From assembly GCF_000018305.1 (NCBI RefSeq), contig NC_009954.1:60001-92000 (forward strand): a stretch of DNA of 32,000 nucleotides. Reading direction: 5' to 3'. The translations under genes were made by a program, and so were the position numbers. The notes below the pieces were generated by a model, which searched no databases, was not told the origin of the DNA, and was given only the letters and a program-made list of their open reading frames with translations. Every line of letters starts with the position of its first letter. The stretch's first letter is position 1. This document shows, one piece after another, positions 26,231 through 32,000 of the stretch. Source of the DNA: Caldivirga maquilingensis IC-167. GTDB taxonomy: Archaea > Thermoproteota > Thermoprotei > Thermoproteales > Thermocladiaceae.

Positions 26231-27637
26231 TCAATCTAATGTGTAAGATATAACCTTAACTTCACTCATCTCAATCATAGTATCCCTAACACTCTCACGT
26301 CCAATACCAGACTTCTTAAATCCACCAAAGGGTAGGTTATCAAACCTGAGCCTAGTGGTATCATTAATGAATATGGTTCCTGCCTTAATCCTAGTGGCTA
26401 ACTTATATGCCCTTGAGAAATTCCTACTGAATATTGATGCGTCAAGCCCATACTCAGTCCTATTGGCTAATTCAACAGCCTCATCATCATCCTTAACCCT
26501 AGCAACAGGTAATACTGGGCCGAAAACCTCCTCAATCCACACCGCTGAGTTAAACGGAGCCTCCAGTATTGTTGGTGGATAATAGAACCCCCTTTCCGGA
26601 ACCCCACTGACCCTATATATGATTCTCCCACCCTTACTTAAAGCATCATTAACGAAGAACTCCATAGTCTCCACAGCCTCCCTACTTATTAATGGACCAA
26701 CATCAGTATCCTCCCTTAATGGATCACCTATCTTAAGTTTCGAAACACTCTCAGTAAGCCTTTTAATGAATTCATCATACACCTCATCCCTCACTATTAA
26801 CCTCTTGGTGGCATTGCAGAATTGCCCAGCGTAATCAAACCTACCCACTGTGGCTGCTTGGACAGCCTTATTTAAGTCTGCATCCTCCAGGATTATCATT
26901 GCATCACTACCGCCAAGCTCCATAATAACCCTCTTACCCATTAATATTGCCCTACTGGCTAAATTAAGACCAACCTTAGATGAACCAGTGAACGTTATTA
27001 ATGATACCTTAGGGTTATTAACGAATTCATCACCAATCATTGATGAATCACCAGTAACCACGTTAATTGAACCCTCAGGGAACCCCACCTCAGTAATTAT
27101 CTTAGCTATCTCAGTTTCCGTTAATGGTGAATTCCTACTCGGCTTAAGAACCACAGTATTACCTATTGCCAAGGCTGGGGCAACCTTATGAGCCATACTG
27201 TCTGGTGGAAAATTAAAGGGTGTTATAGCACCCACCACACCCACTGGTTCCCTTCTAATGAAGGCTATTCTCTTCTCATTACCTGCCGGGTAATCATAAG
27301 CCTCAAGGGGTATGAATTCACCGGTTAAGACATGGGGTAATTCCTGGGCTGCTAATTCATAAATCCTAGCCGTCCTCTCGAGGATTAACCTAGTGCTCTT
27401 AATTGGTCTACCAATCTCCCTTGTTAGTAACCTAGCTAACTCCTCCTTACGTGCCCTAATAGCCTGAGCAACCTTCATTAGTAGCTTAGCCCTCTCGTAG
27501 GCCGGTATCGACTGTATCCTGGGTAATGCGTCATATGCCTTACTTATTGCATCCCTAACTTCATTAATACTCATGTCCGGTACATAGGCTAAAACCTCAC
27601 CGGTCGCTGGTTCATATACTGGGATTTGACGCTGCAT
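26231..27637 (-). CDS. NAD(P)+-dependent aldehyde dehydrogenase (ALDH superfamily)
   Basis: 468 aa. It carries VVLKPS, FTGS, ELGGSDA (catalytic Glu), AGQFCNATKR (catalytic Cys) and EEVFGPV. Substrate specificity is not determinable from sequence; glyceraldehyde and 2-oxoglutarate semialdehyde are candidates from context. Confidence 0.9.
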   Translation of the reverse strand: MQRQIPVYEPATGEVLAYVPDMSINEVRDAISKAYDALPRIQSIPAYERAKLLMKVAQAIRARKEELARLLTREIGRPIKSTRLILERTARIYELAAQELPHVLTGEFIPLEAYDYPAGNEKRIAFIRREPVGVVGAITPFNFPPDSMAHKVAPALAIGNTVVLKPSRNSPLTETEIAKIITEVGFPEGSINVVTGDSSMIGDEFVNNPKVSLITFTGSSKVGLNLASRAILMGKRVIMELGGSDAMIILEDADLNKAVQAATVGRFDYAGQFCNATKRLIVRDEVYDEFIKRLTESVSKLKIGDPLREDTDVGPLISREAVETMEFFVNDALSKGGRIIYRVSGVPERGFYYPPTILEAPFNSAVWIEEVFGPVLPVARVKDDDEAVELANRTEYGLDASIFSRNFSRAYKLATRIKAGTIFINDTTRLRFDNLPFGGFKKSGIGRESVRDTMIEMSEVKVISYTLD

Positions 27638-27717
27638 ACATTAGTTACCTGCCTTGGTTTAATAACATTATCTTCATTTAATTCCAATTCGTATACCTTT
27701 AAGCCCACGTAGTCTCA

Positions 27718-28905
27718 CTAGGAGCCACCAGTGGTCCCCTTAACAATCCACGATAAACCACCCTTAATGGTAATCTCAGTCTCATTAATCCTAAGCCTCT
27801 CAATAAGCTTCTCATTAACATCAACCCCTAAACCAGGCTTAGTGGGAACCTTAACGTAACCATTCTCCACAGGCATTGAGTCACCCACAAGATCCCTCTT
27901 CCACTGGGGCCAGTAATCGTAGAATGATTCCTGAACGGCGAAGTTGGGTATTGATGCATCAAGCTGTATTGTGGCTGCGTGGAGTATTGGGCCGTTAGCG
28001 TTGTGAAATGCCATGGGTACACTGAAGGCTTCAGCCATTATTGATGCCTTTCTAGCTTCAGTTAGGCCACCGAATCTGCCCACATCAGTCTGTAGGTAAT
28101 CAACAAGGCTGAGTTTAAGGTATTGAATTAAGTATCCCTTATTAATTATGCGTTCACCTAAGGCAACCCTAATTCTAGTACTGTTCCTAAACCTAATTAA
28201 GCCCTCAATATCCTCTGGGTGAACGGGCTCTTCCATGAATAATGGGTTATAGGGCTCCAAAGCCCACGCTGCCCTAATTGCTGACTCAGCGTTAAACCTA
28301 CCGTGGGCTTCAATGAGTATGTCCACTCCATCACCAACAGCCTCCCTAACAGCCTTAACCCTCTCAGCGGCATCCTTAATGCCTGCCGAATCAATCATGT
28401 CGAAGTATGGGCCAAAGGGGTCGAATTTAAGAGCCGTATAACCCCTCCTAACAGTCTCCTTAGCCTTCTCAGCGAAATCCTCAGGCTTAACTGCATTTGA
28501 ATACCAGCCATTAGCATAAACCCTAACCCTATCCCTAGTTAAGCCCCCAAGCAACCTATGCACCGGTGCACCAAGCTCCCTACCTATTATGTCCCATGAA
28601 GCAATATCAAAAGCACTATAGGCGGCTGTGGACTCTAGGGAAACAGGCATATTGAAGTCCTGTCTATACCACTCAAGCCTATTACCCTCAAGGTTAAACA
28701 CATCCCTACCCCTCATGACACTGGATAATACCTTAATTAATTGAACCAATGCATTAACTCTAATCGAACTAAGAGTTTCCCCCCAACCAACTCCACCATC
28801 CTTAGTAACAACCCTAACTAAAACCATATATGACGCCCAAGGCGCTGGGTCATCAGGCCTAGGGTTATATAGTATTATAGGCTCCACTTCACTTATCTCC
28901 GGCAT
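27718..28905 (-). CDS. Enolase-superfamily sugar-acid dehydratase, gluconate/galactonate dehydratase-like
   Basis: 395 aa. DIASWDIIGRELGAPVHRLLGG, VYANGWY, GYTALKFDPFGPY, VDILIEAHGRFN, FMEEPVHPED, RVALGER and FHNA closely match my recollection of the Sulfolobus gluconate dehydratase of the branched Entner-Doudoroff pathway. Confidence 0.8.
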   Translation of the reverse strand: MPEISEVEPIILYNPRPDDPAPWASYMVLVRVVTKDGGVGWGETLSSIRVNALVQLIKVLSSVMRGRDVFNLEGNRLEWYRQDFNMPVSLESTAAYSAFDIASWDIIGRELGAPVHRLLGGLTRDRVRVYANGWYSNAVKPEDFAEKAKETVRRGYTALKFDPFGPYFDMIDSAGIKDAAERVKAVREAVGDGVDILIEAHGRFNAESAIRAAWALEPYNPLFMEEPVHPEDIEGLIRFRNSTRIRVALGERIINKGYLIQYLKLSLVDYLQTDVGRFGGLTEARKASIMAEAFSVPMAFHNANGPILHAATIQLDASIPNFAVQESFYDYWPQWKRDLVGDSMPVENGYVKVPTKPGLGVDVNEKLIERLRINETEITIKGGLSWIVKGTTGGS

Positions 28906-28924
28906 GCCTATGCTTCACAATGCG

Positions 28925-28933
28925 TTTTTTAAA
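28925..28933 (-). promoter_or_regulatory. TATA-like box (TTTAAAAAA on the minus strand) for the dehydratase gene
   Basis: It is centred about 24 nt upstream of the ATG at 28905. Confidence 0.4.
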
Positions 28934-28987
28934 CCATTCCGTATGCAACTAAGTATAAAAACGTGGAATCCAATGTTAAGAAGAACA

Positions 28988-29002
28988 TGCATCAATGATG
29001 CA
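28988..29002. repeat. Perfect 15-bp palindrome TGCATCA-A-TGATGCA in the dehydratase/lactonase divergent intergenic region
   Basis: I verified it base by base. It lies 83-97 bp upstream of the dehydratase start. Confidence 0.5.
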
Positions 29003-29364
29003 GTAATAATTAAGTTAAGGCATAACGCCTCTTTTTCATTAATGGAATTGCCGTTAAAAAGATTAAAGGAGAGCAGCCTAAATTCAAATTGATTCAAGCA
29101 ATATATTGCATGAGTAAGGAATCACCTAAACCTGAGATTAAGGGATTTACAGGTTACATAGCCTACCTAGGATTACATGAAGGGTACATTAAAGAGTATT
29201 ACGAAACCTAAATGATTTCAATGATTATACGTCCTCTACTGAAGTTCAATAAACCAATAGAGCTGGTGTTTCAAGCCCAAGGGAATAATCTTAGGTGTTA
29301 CATTTAATTAATTCATGTGGGTATACAATTTAAAAACTAGGTGAAGGCAGTAAAATTGATCAAT

Positions 29365-30234
29365 ATGAGTTCAGAATCCGCAACACCGTTGATTAACTTA
29401 CCTCGTTCCAGGCTTGGTGAAGGGCCTATTTGGGATCACGTTAATGAAACATTGTATTGGGTTGATATTAATGGGGATAGGGTACACATGTATAAGCCTA
29501 AGGATGGTTATGTTAATTCAATTAAACTTGGCCCAATGCCCAGTTGCATCGCACTTAACAGTGATGGTAATTTAGTCGTCACAATTAAGAATAAGGTGAT
29601 TCTAGTTAATCCTAATAATGGTGTCATTTTAAAGACCCTGGCTAATGTTGATGAAGGTGCTGATAATAGGTTTAATGACTGTAGGTGTGATCCATTTGGA
29701 CGTTTAGTTGCTGGCACAATGTACATGCCCATGCCTAGGAAGCCTCAAGCATCGCTTTATATTATTGATCATGATTTAAGTGTTAGGAGACTTTTAAGTG
29801 GGGTTATGGTTTCTAATGGCTTAACATGGTCACTTGATGGATCAATAATGTACTATATAGATAGCCCAACTAGGAGGGTGGCGGTATACGGTTATGATGT
29901 TAAGCATGGTGAATTAACTGGTTTAAGGGATGTAATCGACTTGTCAAACCTACAGGGTAACCCGGATGGTATGACTATTGACTCAAGTGGTTACCTTTGG
30001 ATTGCATTATGGGGTGGTGGTAGGGTTATTAGGGTTAATCCATTTAATAAAACTATTATTAATTCAATAACAGTTAACGCAAGATACACTAGCTCATGCA
30101 CTTTTGGTGGAGGTGACTTATCAACATTATTCATAAGCACTGCAATGGGTGAACCACCCCTTGAGTATGAGGGTTACTTATTCACCACCAGTACCAATGT
30201 TAAGGGTGTTAGGCAATACATGTGTAGGTACTGA
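29365..30234 (+). CDS. SMP-30/gluconolactonase/LRE-family sugar lactonase (six-bladed beta-propeller)
   Basis: LGEGPIWD, NDCRCDPFGRLVAGTM, SNGLTWSLDG and PDGMTIDSSGYLWIALWGGG are present. I prefer the ATG at 29365; the ORF track uses GTG 29341. An ATTTAAAAA box lies at 29328-29336. Confidence 0.85.
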   Translation: MSSESATPLINLPRSRLGEGPIWDHVNETLYWVDINGDRVHMYKPKDGYVNSIKLGPMPSCIALNSDGNLVVTIKNKVILVNPNNGVILKTLANVDEGADNRFNDCRCDPFGRLVAGTMYMPMPRKPQASLYIIDHDLSVRRLLSGVMVSNGLTWSLDGSIMYYIDSPTRRVAVYGYDVKHGELTGLRDVIDLSNLQGNPDGMTIDSSGYLWIALWGGGRVIRVNPFNKTIINSITVNARYTSSCTFGGGDLSTLFISTAMGEPPLEYEGYLFTTSTNVKGVRQYMCRY

Positions 30235-30265
30235 ATCCATAATTTAAACCTGATGCTAGTGCCAC

Positions 30266-30931
30266 TCACTTCTTAATAATTACCTTAAATCCAAATAAGT
30301 CAGTACCAGTGTTTTCCCATAACCTAAACCATAGCGGTACCAGTAGTTCCATAGCCCTAGCAGCCCTTATATCACCTAAATCCACCACAGTCCTCCAGCC
30401 GAACCATTCCTTTAAGATGCTGGTGACAAGCTGCTTAGCATCCTTATTATTCCCGCTCACGAACATATCAATCTCACCTCCCAGTAGCCCAGGATTAACC
30501 ATTAACCTATAGCTAACGAAGTTAAGGGTCTTAACAACCTTGGATTCAGGGAAGGCCTCCTGAATCCTCTCACCCAGGGACTTACCCTCAGGCATAATCA
30601 CAGTGGGTTCACCTGAGGAGAAGTCTACGGCGTTAGCAACGTCAATGATTATCTTCCCCTTAAGATTCTCATAACCCGCTGACTTAAGGGCATCTAGGGA
30701 GTATAGGCCATTAGTACAATTAAAGATTATCTCGCCGAATTCTGCAGCATCCCTGAAGGTTCCATGGGATGCTAATGATCCATTACTCCTAGCCCAATTC
30801 CTAGCAGCCTCATTATCCCTACTACGTGAACCCATGCGAACCTCATTACCTAATTCAACAAGCTTGGTTGCAATAGCTTGACCAACCTCACCAGTACCCA
30901 ACACACCTATTCTCATTTTCCTCAGGGACAT
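30266..30931 (-). CDS. NAD(P)-binding oxidoreductase of the F420_oxidored / NpdG-like family
   Basis: 221 aa. The N-terminus has a Rossmann motif, IGVLGTGEVGQAIATKL. Size and layout match NADPH-dependent F420 reductase-like proteins. TTTTTAAATT lies about 25 nt upstream. Confidence 0.75.
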   Translation of the reverse strand: MSLRKMRIGVLGTGEVGQAIATKLVELGNEVRMGSRSRDNEAARNWARSNGSLASHGTFRDAAEFGEIIFNCTNGLYSLDALKSAGYENLKGKIIIDVANAVDFSSGEPTVIMPEGKSLGERIQEAFPESKVVKTLNFVSYRLMVNPGLLGGEIDMFVSGNNKDAKQLVTSILKEWFGWRTVVDLGDIRAARAMELLVPLWFRLWENTGTDLFGFKVIIKK

Positions 30932-31222
30932 AGCCTATGTACGCATTAGTAATTTAAAAACTTTACAATGTAATCTAATCCCTCATTTGAATAGTCGTCA
31001 GGAGACTCAAGGAGACCTACTGCATCACTGCCTTCCTCAGAATTCAAAAATACTCCCTAGAAATAAATGAGGCTTAAGGTTTCTTTCATCTCTTCTATTC
31101 ATCTATGTGAGTATCTTCATTAAAGTATGGGTAAACTAGCATTGACCTATTGAAGCCGTGCACTAGGTTACTCCTACTGAGAAGCCTCTATATTTATAAA
31201 TACTTATTTTAGGGTTTAAACT

Positions 31223-31576
31223 ATGTCTCAGGTTAGTATTGATGAACTTAATTGGGGTTTAGTGGCTTGGATAATACCATTAGCTGGTGGAATACTGGGG
31301 TTCATAATTAGGCCTGAATCTAATTACGTTAAGCATTGGTCGTATTTAAGTATTGCATTCGGTATAGTGATAATAGTGGTTTCGGTAATACTTGACTTAT
31401 TGTCCTTAGCAACAATGATTCTTCCACCCTTGTTCATAATCATTAAGGCTTTAAGCATACTGGTAGGGCTTGTCTTCGTGATAATTTGGATAGTGGGGAT
31501 AATTAGGGAACGTAATTCAATATACTGGAAGCCAGCCTTAATATATGATGTTGCAAAGATGCTTGGATCACCGTAA
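31223..31576 (+). CDS. Small 3-4 TM membrane protein (hypothetical)
   Basis: 117 aa and strongly hydrophobic. TATATTTATAAATA lies about 25 nt upstream of the ATG. Confidence 0.55.
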   Translation: MSQVSIDELNWGLVAWIIPLAGGILGFIIRPESNYVKHWSYLSIAFGIVIIVVSVILDLLSLATMILPPLFIIIKALSILVGLVFVIIWIVGIIRERNSIYWKPALIYDVAKMLGSP

Positions 31577-31626
31577 TTAAATCAACAAGATAATTGACTT
31601 AATTCACCATCTTTACCGCATCCTCC

Positions 31627-32000
31627 TCATGCACAATTATTACTACTCATTATGCAGTGGGCCAAGCCGTAGAGGTTAGATAAGTAACCTAACTGTGAAA
31701 CTACAATTCTGCTTCTCCTAAGGGAGTGTGGTTGAGCTACCTTAACAGACTTCAGAATAGTATTCATGAATCTTCTCCCAATTTCCACCCCCACACCACC
31801 ACTTAATACTAATACCTCAGGATTTATTAGACTAATTAAGTTAGCCGCAGTAATACCCACTATCGTCGCCGCCTCCTCTAGCACCGGTTTAATTAATGCT
31901 ACCCCTTGATCAAGCATTTGGAAAATGCAGTGGGCATTGTGTGTGTTACAGTTCCTAATAATGTTGAGGCAGGATTCATCGCGTATACGTAGGCAGTACC
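31627..32000 (-). CDS. ROK-family protein (sugar kinase or regulator), C-terminal part; the gene continues beyond the right edge of the window
   Basis: IGITAANLISLINPEVLVLSGGVG...LGYLSNLYGLA is the typical ROK C-terminal region. By my manual translation the frame stays open upstream of the Met at 31917 to the window end. Confidence 0.6.
   Translation of the reverse strand, partial: YCLRIRDESCLNIIRNCNTHNAHCIFQMLDQGVALIKPVLEEAATIVGITAANLISLINPEVLVLSGGVGVEIGRRFMNTILKSVKVAQPHSLRRSRIVVSQLGYLSNLYGLAHCIMSSNNCA

Noticed and set aside
26355-27191. Three plus-strand ORFs (75, 71 and 113 aa) inside the aldehyde dehydrogenase gene
   Set aside because: They are antisense to a strongly supported 468-aa ALDH CDS. 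They are Ser/Leu/Thr-rich low-complexity translations typical of the antisense frame, with no promoter spacing or motifs.
29110-29211. 33-codon ORF in the dehydratase/lactonase spacer
   Set aside because: It is too short. The only A/T box is directly adjacent to the ATG, which is the wrong spacing, and there is no SD. It is kept only as a remark inside the intergenic-region finding.
1-32000. Searched by eye for tRNA/rRNA (GC-rich structured blocks), CRISPR repeats, IS terminal inverted repeats, and integrase or transposase genes
   Set aside because: None were found. No GC-rich islands typical of hyperthermophile tRNAs, no regularly spaced direct repeats and no recombinase-like ORFs are present. 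A covariance-model or repeat-finder scan would be needed for certainty.

Overview
The window looks like a chromosomal segment of a hyperthermophilic crenarchaeon, probably Thermoproteales-like; this taxonomic call is inference from gene content and signal architecture. First genes carry an A/T-rich TATA-like box about 24-27 nt upstream of the start codon, as in leaderless transcripts. GGTG/GAGGTG Shine-Dalgarno-like motifs appear only in front of operon-internal genes. I support about 35 protein-coding genes (two truncated by the window edges) and see no rRNA, tRNA, CRISPR array or IS/transposase by eye. Recognisable content: (1) a co-directional vWA(MIDAS) / HerA-type ATPase / NurA-type nuclease cluster (352-4509, minus strand) with no Mre11/Rad50 in the window, which is the best candidate for an undescribed system; (2) a 14-TM-type MFS transporter; (3) a membrane-anchored CPYC thioredoxin-fold exoprotein; (4) an orphan SMC/ABC-like ATPase with a degenerate Walker B; (5) SDR, sugar-nucleotidyltransferase and membrane genes; (6) a Fur-family regulator, a rubredoxin-less rubrerythrin and a DUF3501-like gene; (7) thiM-thiE; (8) an AsnRS-like asparagine synthetase coupled to a GltB-domain FMN protein; (9) a YchF-type GTPase/ATPase; (10) a stomatin-NfeD operon; (11) a SecE/Sec61-gamma-like membrane protein coupled to an unknown 322-aa protein; (12) a sugar-acid oxidation cluster (gluconate-dehydratase-like enolase, aldehyde dehydrogenase, DUF2848-like protein, divergent SMP-30 lactonase, NpdG-like reductase, partial ROK kinase). 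All functional calls rest on motif recognition by eye, not on database searches.
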